This document shows, one piece after another, positions 29,629 to 42,038 of a stretch of DNA of 64,000 nt. The position numbers and the translations under genes are program-made. This DNA comes from Sandaracinaceae bacterium (GTDB taxonomy: Bacteria > Myxococcota_A > Polyangia > Polyangiales > Sandaracinaceae), in assembly GCA_044220955.1 (NCBI GenBank), contig JBGAQA010000015.1:1-64000 (forward strand), read 5' to 3'. Position 1 is the first letter of the stretch; each line of letters opens with the position of its first letter. Under the pieces are notes generated by a model that did no database searches, was not told the origin of the DNA, and worked only from the letters and a program-made list of their open reading frames with translations.

Positions 29629-31549
29629 TGGCGAACCCGATCTCGCCCACGACCGGCACGTCGATGAGCGTGACGCGATGGCTCTCCACGTTCCTGTCGC
29701 CGGTGATCAGCACCGACGGCGTGCTCGCGATGGTGCCGTCCTCGAGCAGCGCCGTGGTCGGCACGGCGACGGAGAACGCCGTCTGCGCAGCGCGCTCGAT
29801 GCGGAATCGGCGCAGCGCGATCGTCCCACCGAACACGCCCACGCCGACGCCTCCGCGGACGCTGCCGTCCGTCGCGACGGCGACGGGGCCCACGTCGCGG
29901 ACGATCACGTCCGCGCCCTCGAGGTGCGCCCACGCCTCGCGGATCCCACCGCCGGCCATACGCTCGACCACGACGCGCGAGAGCGAGGCGTGCCCGTCGT
30001 CGAGCTGCAGGCCGCCTCCGAGCTCGGTCCCCCAGCTCACGGCACCGTCGGCGATGTCGCGAACGAGCACGTCGACGAGCGAGACGCTCGTCGAGACCCC
30101 CTGGCAGGCGACGCCCGCGAGCACGGCTCGCTCCACGACGGCTCCCTCGAGCGAGAGCGCGGCGCCGTCCTGGGCGAGCACCGCACGGCCCTCGATGGCC
30201 GGCGTCGCCGTGACGTCCGCGACGCGCACGTCCCTCAGCGCGAGCGAGGTGCCCACGCCGAGCGCGACCACCGCGAGGCCGGATGCCCGGAGGATCGACA
30301 CGCGCGCCAGCGTGACCCGGGAACCGTCGACCGCGCCCAGCCCTCCGAGGTCCGGGGCGACGTCGCGCACGAGCAGGTCGCTGCCCATCGCCACCGCGTC
30401 CTGGCCAGCGACGGTGACGCCCCCGTGCCCGTCCAGCCGCAGCCGCCGCAGACGAAGTTGCGAGTCGACCACGTGCACCGACGCGTCGAAGCCTCCGCCG
30501 ACGACCACGCCGTCGGTCAGGTCGAGCGCGCTCCCGTCGTCTGCGGCGAAGATCGGCCCGCCGCCGAGCCAGGCCCGCTCGACGGTCAGCGCGCCGCCTC
30601 CTGCCGCGCCGACGGTCGTCCCCGCCGCGCCGCGGACGGCGAGATCGCGAAGCGTGGCGCGCGAGCCCACGTCCGTGACGTACACCGCGCCGCCGCTCGA
30701 CAGGCCCTCGATCAGCACCCGATCGGCGTCGAGCGCCGCACCGGCGCCGACCGTGAGGCCGGCGAGCACGACGTCGGGCGGCGGACGCACGACCAGGTCC
30801 GACACCGTGCACTGCGTTCCCGGGCTCTCCAGCCAGAGCGCAGCGCCGCGGGCGCTGGCGACGACCACGTCGTGCACCCTGGCCTGCGCGCCGCCGATCA
30901 CGCCGATCGCACCTGCGGCGCCGGTGAACGTGAGCCCCGAGATCGTGGCCCTCACGCCCTCCCCGCGGACCAGCAGCGCGCGCGACGAGGGCCAGCTGGG
31001 CGCCACGAGGGTCCCGGCCACGCACGCACCGACGACGTCCATCGATCGCGTCACGATCGGCGCATCGTCGTAGCGACCGCGACCGACCGCGACGACGCTC
31101 CCTTCCGGCGCGGCGTCGATCGCATCGGTCAGCGACGCGTAGGGACGCTCACGGGAGCCGTCGCCACCGGTGGCCGCCGCGGCGAGCACGTACACGATCG
31201 GCCGATCGGTCGGCAGGTCGCGGGGGAACGGATCGGATGCGTCGCAGGGCGCGCCGAGCGTCCGGCAAGCGGGCTCGCCGGGAAAGTGCCCGGCATCCGC
31301 CGCGCAAAGCGAGGGGCCCTCGCCTTCGAACGGATCACAGTAGGCGATGCCATCGCCGTCGGTGCGCGTGTGCCACGACGGCGGGCACGGCGTCAGCGAC
31401 ACCCGCTCGATCGGCGGCTCGCCCGCGCTCTGCCAGGGGATCGCGGGAGGCGCGGCCGCGCCGAGCTCGACGGACGGACGCCAGTGCGTCCGGCAAGCCG
31501 TCAGCAACACGGCCACCACCGCGATCCGAGCGGCAGGCACGGCACGCAC
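29618..31549 (-). CDS. paralogous right-handed beta-helix lipoprotein; alternative start 31693
   Basis: LTAC lipobox; GDGSRERPYASLTDAI...GRY; shares the N-terminal Cys motif with the neighbour. Confidence 0.82.
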   Translation of the reverse strand: MRAVPAARIAVVAVLLTACRTHWRPSVELGAAAPPAIPWQSAGEPPIERVSLTPCPPSWHTRTDGDGIAYCDPFEGEGPSLCAADAGHFPGEPACRTLGAPCDASDPFPRDLPTDRPIVYVLAAAATGGDGSRERPYASLTDAIDAAPEGSVVAVGRGRYDDAPIVTRSMDVVGACVAGTLVAPSWPSSRALLVRGEGVRATISGLTFTGAAGAIGVIGGAQARVHDVVVASARGAALWLESPGTQCTVSDLVVRPPPDVVLAGLTVGAGAALDADRVLIEGLSSGGAVYVTDVGSRATLRDLAVRGAAGTTVGAAGGGALTVERAWLGGGPIFAADDGSALDLTDGVVVGGGFDASVHVVDSQLRLRRLRLDGHGGVTVAGQDAVAMGSDLLVRDVAPDLGGLGAVDGSRVTLARVSILRASGLAVVALGVGTSLALRDVRVADVTATPAIEGRAVLAQDGAALSLEGAVVERAVLAGVACQGVSTSVSLVDVLVRDIADGAVSWGTELGGGLQLDDGHASLSRVVVERMAGGGIREAWAHLEGADVIVRDVGPVAVATDGSVRGGVGVGVFGGTIALRRFRIERAAQTAFSVAVPTTALLEDGTIASTPSVLITGDRNVESHRVTLIDVPVVGEIGFANAY

Positions 31550-31581
31550 GGGTCCATCGAGCCAAATCGGGTGGGCGGCGT

Positions 31582-31607
31582 CAACTCGGTTCGGCAACTC
31601 GGTTCGG
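31582..31607. repeat. 13-bp tandem direct repeat CAACTCGGTTCGG x2
   Basis: Seen directly in intergenic DNA. Confidence 0.85.
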
Positions 31608-31750
31608 CGCCGGTGCCCGGAGCAGGCGTGAAAACGACGCCTCGCTCGACGCGCGGTCGCGATCGCCACGGACAGTGCTGGCGGATCGCGCACCTACCCG
31701 CCGGATCCTAGTTGATCCGGGTAGTTACGATGGTGTGGAGTGACCCCGCG

Positions 31751-32932
31751 TCAGGGAGGGGGGACGTCGTAGTCCGTCCGCTGGGCGTGCCGCGCCGCGG
31801 AAGAGACCTCGCTGGGTCCGCCGGTCGCCCGGTGCGCGAGCACTGCGCCCGTCACGAAGGGGCGCGGGACCACGCCCACGACGAGCGAGAGCACCGCCGG
31901 TACGATCATGCCGATCGTCGGGGGCGGGGCCGGGCGCGGGTCGTAGCCGCCCTCCGCGATGACGTTCACGATCGCGAGGAAGAGCGCCGCGGCGTTGATC
32001 GCGCCGACGCCGACGAACCCCGCGGCGAGCAGAGGCCGCAGCTCCAGCAGGCCGTGCGCGAGCAGATCCTCCGCGACGAAGCCGACCGTGCCCGGTAGGC
32101 CGATGGCCATCGCCACCGCGAAGAACGCCATCGGCTTCGGGAGCACCTTGACGCGCAGGGCGCTCTCCAGCGCGACGAGCGCGAGCGCGCCCGCCCACCA
32201 CTCGATGACCGCGCCGACGCCCGCCTCGTGGTCGCCGCAGGCGAGCCCCATCCACACGAACGAGAAGAGCACCCCGCGCTCGCATACGAGCAGCTCCGAG
32301 ACGAGCGACGCGCGCTCGAAGTGGTTCGCGCGCATGCCGGCCGTCAGCAGCCAGAGCGCCGAGACCAGGCTCACCGCGCCGGCGACGAGCGGCACGATCG
32401 AGGTCGCCCGCGGCTCGCTCGCCGCGAGCGGGACGGCCATGCGCGCGAACGCGACCAGCGCGATGGGCGCGACCTGGGCGCCCTTCGCCTCGTCCTCGAC
32501 CTTCACCGGCAGGAGCGAGAGCACGCAGCCCGCCACCAGCAGCACCAGGACCGCCGAGCGCGACGAGGCGTCCACGGTCTCCGCGTGCGCGAGCGACTCG
32601 AACGTCCGCGCCTGCGTGCCGAACGCGAGGATCCCGCTGGCCACGAGCAACGTGAGCGACGAGACGATGCCGCGCCGCCACATGCCGCCCTCGCGGTACG
32701 CCGTCACGCCGGCGTGGAGCACCGTCGCGCCGAGGAACACGAGCGGCGTCCGCGCGGAGAGGCAGAGGAACACCATGAGCCCCTCGACGGCGCTGACGGC
32801 GTAGGCCCCGAGCGGCGTGCGCTTGCCGACGCGGATCTGGATCCGCCCCGAGCGCGACGCCTCGAAGACGAGGATGGGCGCGACCATCCACGCGAACCAG
32901 TCGGGCCAGAGCAGGTTGAGCACCTGGCTCAT
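31751..32932 (-). CDS. degenerate NuoM/MrpD-like proton-conducting membrane subunit (third gene of the DAB operon)
   Basis: Multi-TM; IGLPGTVGFVAEDLL resembles the NuoM-type LPG..GF..E motif; ATGA overlap with dabB. Confidence 0.75.
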   Translation of the reverse strand: MSQVLNLLWPDWFAWMVAPILVFEASRSGRIQIRVGKRTPLGAYAVSAVEGLMVFLCLSARTPLVFLGATVLHAGVTAYREGGMWRRGIVSSLTLLVASGILAFGTQARTFESLAHAETVDASSRSAVLVLLVAGCVLSLLPVKVEDEAKGAQVAPIALVAFARMAVPLAASEPRATSIVPLVAGAVSLVSALWLLTAGMRANHFERASLVSELLVCERGVLFSFVWMGLACGDHEAGVGAVIEWWAGALALVALESALRVKVLPKPMAFFAVAMAIGLPGTVGFVAEDLLAHGLLELRPLLAAGFVGVGAINAAALFLAIVNVIAEGGYDPRPAPPPTIGMIVPAVLSLVVGVVPRPFVTGAVLAHRATGGPSEVSSAARHAQRTDYDVPPP

Positions 32933-34368
32933 CGAGCGCTCCTCGGGAGCGGCGGCATCGACGTGCGCAGCCCGAGGTCGCGCTCGGCGGGCTCGGGGGG
33001 TGCCGGCGGGTAGATGCTCGACGAGATCTTCGCACCGGCGCGCCGGATCCGCGGTCGGGGTCGGCTCACCAGGTGCGCGAGCTCGGCCAGCGGCCGCACG
33101 AAGATCCGCTCGACGACCCCGTCGAACCCGAAGCGCGCCAGCGCCGCGGCGTGGAGCCACGCCCGCAGGCGAAACGGCAGGAGCCGCTCCAGGTAGAGGT
33201 CCGCGCGGTACCGGCCGCCCCCGAGCGCGCGGCGCCGCCGCTGCGCGTCGTGCAGCCACGACGGCGCGCGCAGGAATTGCCCGAGCCGCAAGAGGCCGTG
33301 CGCGAGGAGGTGCCACATCGCGAGCGTGGTCCAGCCGAGCCCGGTCTCGACCAGCATCAAGCCGGCCTGCGCGCTCGTGGCGAGCGCCAGCGCGCCCTTG
33401 GCGTCGGCACGCACGCGGGACGAGAGCGACGAGGTGACGGCGGTGACCGCTCCGACCGCGATGACGGCGCCTCGGGCGAGCGGCGCATCTTCCAGCAGGG
33501 GCCAGACCCGCAGCATCAGGTACACGCCCGCGTGGATCGAGAGCGTCCCGTAGAAGAGCGCGCTCGACGGCGTCGGCCCCTCCATCGCGCGCAGGATGTA
33601 CGCGCTGACCGGCGCCTGCGCCGACTTGCCGATCGCCGCCATCAGGAACGCCAGGCCGAGCACCGTCGCGGCGGCCGTCCCGAGGTGCGCGTGGTGCCCC
33701 GGCTCGCCGACGCCCAGCACGCTCCGCCAGCTCGAGTCGCCGATCTCGTGGTGCAGCAGGACCACCGCCGTCAGCAGCGCGATGTCGGCGACGCGGTACG
33801 TCACGAAGATGCGCGCGCTCGCGATGACCGTCTCGGGCCGATCCCAGAAGAACGCGACGAGCAGCACGCTGGACAGGCCGAGCAGCTCCCAGCCGAAGAA
33901 CGCCATGTCGATGCTGCCGCCCAGCACGAACCAGAAGAAGCCGGTCGTCGCGACGCCGACGAGCACGAAGAAGCGCAGGAAGCCCGGCTCCTTGTGCAGG
34001 TAGCGCCCGGAGAAGCGCCCGAGGACCGGGATCACGAAGCCGCCGAGCGCGATCAGCATCGCGGAGAGGGGGTCGACGTAGACCGAGACGTCGAGGTGGT
34101 AGTCCCCGACCTGGTACATCGTCCAGAGCACCTCGTCGAACTCGTGCAGCGGATGGAGCATCGTGAGCGCGGCGAGGAACACCGCGGAGAACGCGGCCGT
34201 CACGATGCTCGCGCCCGACACCACGGCGATCCACCGCTCGCTCGGGCTCACGCCGCTGACGCTGAGGGTCAAGAGGACGAGCGAGCCGGCCGCCGGCAAG
34301 AGCAGCGTGAGCATCGCCAGGAGCGAGAGGAGCGGCTCGTACCCGGCGATCGACTGCAGGAGATCCAT
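32929..34368 (-). CDS. dabB: DabB/MpsA, NuoL-like membrane subunit of an inorganic carbon transporter
   Basis: FFGWELLGLSS, YRVADI, GKSAQAP, AMEGPTPSSALFYG; adjacent to DUF2309. Confidence 0.88.
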   Translation of the reverse strand: MDLLQSIAGYEPLLSLLAMLTLLLPAAGSLVLLTLSVSGVSPSERWIAVVSGASIVTAAFSAVFLAALTMLHPLHEFDEVLWTMYQVGDYHLDVSVYVDPLSAMLIALGGFVIPVLGRFSGRYLHKEPGFLRFFVLVGVATTGFFWFVLGGSIDMAFFGWELLGLSSVLLVAFFWDRPETVIASARIFVTYRVADIALLTAVVLLHHEIGDSSWRSVLGVGEPGHHAHLGTAAATVLGLAFLMAAIGKSAQAPVSAYILRAMEGPTPSSALFYGTLSIHAGVYLMLRVWPLLEDAPLARGAVIAVGAVTAVTSSLSSRVRADAKGALALATSAQAGLMLVETGLGWTTLAMWHLLAHGLLRLGQFLRAPSWLHDAQRRRRALGGGRYRADLYLERLLPFRLRAWLHAAALARFGFDGVVERIFVRPLAELAHLVSRPRPRIRRAGAKISSSIYPPAPPEPAERDLGLRTSMPPLPRSAR

Positions 34369-36965
34369 CACGACGAAGGCTCCTCGGTCTCGGGGCCGTC
34401 GGGGACGACGAAGCAGGGCGCGACGTTGTCGCGGGTGTGCATGCACGCCTCCAGAGACGACGGCACCTCGAAGAGCGCGTGGGCCTGCGCGTCGTAGGGC
34501 TCGAACGACTGCCCGAGCCAGCGGTAGAAGCCGCGTCCCGAGGGCGAGCACGCGAACATGTGGATCCACGAGTTGACGCAGAGGTTGCGCACGGCCGGCA
34601 GCCGGGCCAGCACCTCGGTCACCGCCTCGGGCTCGGCGTCGACGATCGTGACGAGCCGTATCGGCTCGTGGATCTCGGTCGTCTGCGTCCACAGACCCGC
34701 GCGCAGATCGCCGTCCGCGCCGTTCGAGACGCCGAGCAGCCCCTGGACGTTGTGCGGCAGCTTCGTCCCGCTGCCCCAGCGCTGCGGGTCCATCGTCGCG
34801 AAGAAGTACTCGTGGTTGATTCCGGCGCAGACCGGCAGCGGCGCCGCCATGAGCCGCTCGAGGGTCGTGTGGCTCGCGTCGTCCGTGCGCGGGTCGTACG
34901 AGATGAGCAAGGAGCGACGGTCGAGGAAGATGCCGCGCGTGAGCGAGCGGCGCCCGATGACGCAGGCCGCGTTCGTCGCGTGGTTGTACTCGGGGCGCGT
35001 CTCGGCGAAGTCGACGCCGCGGCGGCGCACCTTGGCGACCACGTGCGGCATCGGCGCGTCGAGCGCGATGTCGGCGAAGCGGCGCGAGCGCTCCTTCAGG
35101 TTCCTCTCGAGCGGCACGGCGAGCTTGCGCCCGAGCTGGTCGACCTCGGCGCGCCGACCCGGCGGGAGCCCCTCGAGATCGAACCAGCGGACGACGTCGA
35201 GCGAGGTGTCGTGCTCGCCCGGAAGGAAGAGGGTGTCCGCCGGGATGTCGACGCCCTGGGTGACGAGGATCTCGCGGACCGCGGGGTCGTTGGCGAACGC
35301 GCAGAAGACGCGCGCGTTGATGCCTCCGCGCTGACCTCCGCAGGCGCCGCACTGATAGCCGGAGAGGAACGGGTTGTTCGTCCCCATCGATCCGTGCGCC
35401 AGGACCATCACCCAGCGCGCGAAGTTCTTCAGGAGGCCGATGTTGGCGAGGTTTCCGCGGACCAGCCTCGCCTGCTGCTCGAGCGTGAAACCCTCCGGGT
35501 CGTCCTTCGCGTCGTACGCCAGGCGCGTGCCCTCGAAGTCGTGCGCCGGCTCGACGAAGAGCTGCGGCGCGAGGAGCTCCATCAGGTTGCGCGGTGCGCG
35601 CGCGAAGTTGGCGAAGCTCGCGAAGAGCCCGCCGACCGCGCCGCGGGACGCGTCGTCGCCGAGCGCCGCGGCGAAGTAGCGCGACCGGCGGTGGCGGCGC
35701 CCGAGGTCCCTCGCCGCCGCGTCCGGGAGGATCTCGCTCACGCGCCGCTCGGGCGTCACCGGCGCCGGACACGACGGCGTCTCGTCGATCGAGAGCGGCG
35801 CGCGGTGCTTGAGGGCCACGCCGAAGAACCCGGCCGACCCGAAGGTCTGCCAGCTCGGCAGGGCCTCCTCGACGTGCCTGCGGAACGACTCGGCGCGGTC
35901 GTCGATGCAACAGAGCAGCTGGACCTCCCGCGGCTCGTTCCCCTCGGCGAGGCGCGAGGGATCGATCTCGAGCCCCATCGTGATCGCGCCGACGAAGCTC
36001 CGTACGTAGTCCTCTTCGTAGGCGTCCTGGAACGCGGCGAGGTCGGTGCTCCAGACGGCCGTGCGCGGCGAAGGGAGCGACGCCACGGTCGCGGCCAGTG
36101 TCTGCAGCGTCGCACGACGCCCGAAGAGGCGCTTGGCGATCTCGAGCAGCGCGAGCTCCTCGACGACGAGGCGCGCCGCGGTGAAGTCCACGAGCGACAC
36201 CTTCACGCCCGCGGGGCACTCGCCGGGCACGTGCTCGAGGCGGTTCACCATTCCCGCGTAGCCGGGGAGCGCGAAGATCGCCTCGTGCAAGATGCTCGGC
36301 CACGCGGTCTCGCGCTTGCCGCGCCTCTCGAGGCAGCTCACGATCAACGCGGCGGAGCTGGTCTCGGGTCCGCCCAGGCGCGCACGCAGACCGCCGAGCC
36401 AGGGCTCGGGCACCGCGAGCGGCATGCGTGACATCCGGCGCAGCACTCCGACGAGCCCCTCGTCGCGCCCCGGCATCGGGAAGAGCGCCGAGCCGAGGTC
36501 GAGAAACGCCGGCAAGACGCGGAGCATGAACGAGTCGACGAGCTCACCCGCCTCGACCGCGAGCTCCGGCGCGGCCTTCGAGAACAGGATCGCGCTCGTC
36601 TCGGGGACCGGGAGCCGCTCGATCACCGGACGCGACGTGAACGCGAGCCGCTTCTGCGCGATCGCGATGTCCTCGGGGCGGACGCGCCGGCTCTCGCGCA
36701 GCTCGCGGTATCGCTCCGCCGTCAGCGTCGTGCGCGCGCCGCGGATGCGCGTCGCCGCCTCGCAGACGGCGTGGAACGGACGCGACTCGAAGGCCCCGAG
36801 CGGGTTCATGTGCACGAAGACGCCGAGGGGCCGCTGCTCGGGGAGCCAGTGCGCGAAGTGCGCGACGCGCTCCTGGACCTCTCGCTCCGCGTCGGCGTGC
36901 TCGGGCTCGTCCTCGCGTCGCGCGGCGCTTCCGGGGGAAGACTCGATGAGGCCGACCTCGTCCAC
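34368..36965 (-). CDS. dabA: DabA/MpsB (DUF2309, UPF0753) beta-carbonic-anhydrase-like subunit
   Basis: LP.Q.P...FVH.N; CIDDR.ESFRRH.E; AGFFGV; HGS...NNP; CGACGG; RPEYNHA; GSGTKLPHNV; HEP.RL. Confidence 0.93.
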   Translation of the reverse strand: MDEVGLIESSPGSAARREDEPEHADAEREVQERVAHFAHWLPEQRPLGVFVHMNPLGAFESRPFHAVCEAATRIRGARTTLTAERYRELRESRRVRPEDIAIAQKRLAFTSRPVIERLPVPETSAILFSKAAPELAVEAGELVDSFMLRVLPAFLDLGSALFPMPGRDEGLVGVLRRMSRMPLAVPEPWLGGLRARLGGPETSSAALIVSCLERRGKRETAWPSILHEAIFALPGYAGMVNRLEHVPGECPAGVKVSLVDFTAARLVVEELALLEIAKRLFGRRATLQTLAATVASLPSPRTAVWSTDLAAFQDAYEEDYVRSFVGAITMGLEIDPSRLAEGNEPREVQLLCCIDDRAESFRRHVEEALPSWQTFGSAGFFGVALKHRAPLSIDETPSCPAPVTPERRVSEILPDAAARDLGRRHRRSRYFAAALGDDASRGAVGGLFASFANFARAPRNLMELLAPQLFVEPAHDFEGTRLAYDAKDDPEGFTLEQQARLVRGNLANIGLLKNFARWVMVLAHGSMGTNNPFLSGYQCGACGGQRGGINARVFCAFANDPAVREILVTQGVDIPADTLFLPGEHDTSLDVVRWFDLEGLPPGRRAEVDQLGRKLAVPLERNLKERSRRFADIALDAPMPHVVAKVRRRGVDFAETRPEYNHATNAACVIGRRSLTRGIFLDRRSLLISYDPRTDDASHTTLERLMAAPLPVCAGINHEYFFATMDPQRWGSGTKLPHNVQGLLGVSNGADGDLRAGLWTQTTEIHEPIRLVTIVDAEPEAVTEVLARLPAVRNLCVNSWIHMFACSPSGRGFYRWLGQSFEPYDAQAHALFEVPSSLEACMHTRDNVAPCFVVPDGPETEEPSS

Positions 36966-36977
36966 GCCGGAACGCTG

Positions 36978-36993
36978 TGCATCTTTCGCGCCA
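36978..36993 (-). promoter_or_regulatory. sigma54 -24/-12 promoter of the dab operon
   Basis: TGGCGCG-AAAG-ATGCA with exact GG-N10-GC spacing, directly upstream of dabA. Confidence 0.75.
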
Positions 36994-37054
36994 TGGGTTC
37001 TGCACGCGCTCCCGGCTCGCCCTGCCTCGCCATGAACGGTGCGGGGCCCGCGGC

Positions 37055-37069
37055 GCGGCGAAATGCCAC
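37055..37069. promoter_or_regulatory. candidate bEBP upstream activator site GCGGCGAAATGCCAC
   Basis: GGC-N5-GCC dyad ~90-100 bp upstream of the predicted dab TSS; near-identical copies at 38186-38220. Confidence 0.5.
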
Positions 37070-37125
37070 GGCGAGCCTCGGACTTCGAGCGCCGATCAGG
37101 ACGAAGATGCTATCGTCTCCTCGAG

Positions 37126-38127
<1,002 letters not shown>

Positions 38128-38132
38128 CGATC

Positions 38133-38148
38133 TGGCATCGCGCGTGCT
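38133..38148 (+). promoter_or_regulatory. sigma54 -24/-12 promoter upstream of the HK-RR pair
   Basis: TGGCATC-GCGC-GTGCT with GG-N10-GC spacing. Confidence 0.6.
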
Positions 38149-38183
38149 GCGTGTGCACGCCACCACCACAACGGGCCGTCTGG

Positions 38184-38220
38184 CCGGGGCAAGATGCCCC
38201 GGCGCGCGGCGAAACGCCCC
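38184..38220. promoter_or_regulatory. tandem GGC-N5-GCC dyads, 20-bp spacing
   Basis: CCGGGGC-AAGAT-GCCCCGG and GCGGCGAAACGCCCC. Confidence 0.5.
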
Positions 38221-38230
38221 GCCGGACGCC

Positions 38231-39711
38231 GTGAGGCTCGCACTCAAGCTCATCGCTGCTCTCGTCGTCGCGCTCCTGGCGGTGATGGTCGTCGCGACGT
38301 GGTTCCGGCTCGAGGAGGAGCAGGAGTTCCTGCTCGCGGACGTGCGCGACGACCACGTGCTCTTCGCGCGCGCGCTGCGCTCGATCGTCGTCTCGACCTG
38401 GGCGCTCGAGGGCGAGGAGCGCGCGCGATCGCTCGTGCGTCGCGCGGACGTCGAGGACCGCGATCTGATGGTCGACGTCGTCGACGCCGCGACGCTCGAC
38501 GTCCACGCGACGGCCGGCGCGCGACGCGGACGCGAGCGCGTGTGGGTCGCCGACGACCACATCTACGTGATGGAGCCGCTCGGGCTCGAGGGACACCCCG
38601 ACCTCGGCCTCCTCGTCTCGCAGCCCCTCGACTCGCAGCGCGCGCTCATCGCGACCTCGCTCTGGCACGCGACGCTGGAGGCCGTCGCCGTGGTCGCGGC
38701 GTGCGCGATCCTGATGACGCTGCTGGGGTGGGCGTTCGTCGGCCGCCCCGTGCAGAAGCTGATCGCCGAGGCCAGGCGCATCGGGCGACGCGATCACACG
38801 GCGCCCGTGCGCCTGGATCAGAAGGACGAGATCGGTGAGCTCGCGCGCGAGATGGCGCAGATGAGCGAGAAGCTCGACGAGGCGGACGTACGCGTCCTCT
38901 CGGCGCACAAGCAGAAGCTCGACGCGCTCGACCAGCTGCGCCACGCCGACCGCCTCCGCACCGTGGGTCAGCTGGCCTCCGGCCTCGCGCACGAGCTCGG
39001 GACGCCGCTCAACGTCGTCTCGGGGCGGGCGCGCTTGATCGAGCAGGCCGACGGCGCCCCGGAGGAGATCGTCGCCGACGCCAAGATCATCCTCGACCAG
39101 ACGCAGCGGATCACCGATCTGGTCAAGCAGCTGCTCGGGTTCGCGCGCCGGCGACAGCCGCAGTCGCAGACGGCCGACCTCGCCACCACGGCGGCACACG
39201 TCGCGCAGCTGCTCGCGCCCATCGCGCAGAAGCGCGGCGTGCGCATCGAGTTCGCGGCGCCCTCGGGGCCCTGCGTCACGCGCTGCGATCCGCTCCTGCT
39301 CGAGCAGGCCCTCACCAACGTCGCGCTCAACGGGATCCAGGCCATGCAGGACGGGGGCGCACTCAAGATCCGCGTGCTCCGCAAGCTCGCGACGCCGCCC
39401 CGGCGGCCCGAGTCCGAGCCCGTCCCGTTCGGTGTGCTCCGCGTGATCGACGAGGGCAGCGGCATCACCGCCGAGCACCTCGAGCGTATCTTCGACCCCT
39501 TCTTCACCACCAAGGACGTCGGCGACGGCACGGGGCTCGGGCTCTCGGTCGTCTACGGCATCCTCGAGGACCACGGCGGGTTCGCCGAGGTCCGCAGCGA
39601 GCCCGGCCGGGGCACGGAGTTCGATCTGCTGATCCCGATGCGGGACGTCAGCATTCGACCGCCGCCCGGCCCGGCCACGGCACTGGGTGACGACACGGAG
39701 GCGAGCCTGCC

Positions 39712-39715
<4 letters not shown>
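38231..39715 (+). CDS. HAMP-domain sensor histidine kinase
   Basis: 2 TM helices; HAMP (DEIGELA); AHELGTPLN; DEGSG; GTGLGL. Confidence 0.93.
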
Positions 39716-41103
<1,388 letters not shown>

Positions 41104-42038
41104 CCTCGGAGCTCACGATCCCCGCGACGGCGGCGCCGGACGCCATCGGGGGTGCGATGCGCATGCGCGACGCGATCGGGCCGTAGCGCGCGCGCACGTA
41201 GCCGAGCGCTGCGAGCGTGCCCCCGGCCATCCCGACCAGGCCGAGCAGGCTGGCCTCGGGCCCGAAGTCGCCGCCCGTCAGCGCGTCGCTCCCGATCGGA
41301 GTCCGCGTCGCGAGCGCTGCGCCCGCGATCACGAAGCCGCTCACGGGCATGCCGAGCAGACACTGGGCGAGGTTCCACGCGAAGTGGAGGCCGATCGAGA
41401 ACGCCAGATCCCCGGTGAGCACGAAGCCGACCGCGAGGAGCGTCCCGCCCGCGAGCGCCACCTGCAGGGTGGCGACGAGGGACGCGCCCTCGTTGCCGGC
41501 GTGCGCGAGGCCGAAGCCCAGGGCGCCGAGCACCGTGGCCAGAGCCGCGGCCCGGGGCGGCGAGAGCCGCGCGCCCGCGAGCCCTTCGGTGAGGTTCAGC
41601 AGCTGATAGCCACGAAAGACCAGCTCCTCCTCGATGGCGACGCCGGCGAACAGGACCGCGACGTAGGCGGCGCTCACCGCGCGCGTGCCGTCGAGCGCGA
41701 TGGGCTCGTACGACGCCGCGCCCAGGCCCACCTCGAGCAGCGCCACGCTGCCGATCGCGCCGCCCCCGACGAGGGCCCCCGCCGCGAGGTCCGCGGCGCG
41801 TGTCCAGCCCACCCGGAGCCCGAGGTCCGCCAGGGGTCGCCGGTCGAGCCAGCGCGCCGAGCCGAGCGTGATCGCGATGACCCCCGCGAACGCGATGGGA
41901 CCCGCGATCCACGGCGACAAGACGGGCGCGGCGACGCCGATCGCCGCGAGGAGCAGCGCCAGTAGCGCGAGGTGAGTCGCCAGCCGGACGCCCGCGCGCG
42001 GGCGCCTGCGCTGGCTATCCCAGAACAGCGCGAGCACG

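Noticed and set aside
31751..34368. Respiratory complex I (nuoL/nuoM) or Mrp antiporter operon
   Set aside because: No other nuo/mrp genes; direct coupling to DUF2309 indicates a DAB-type system
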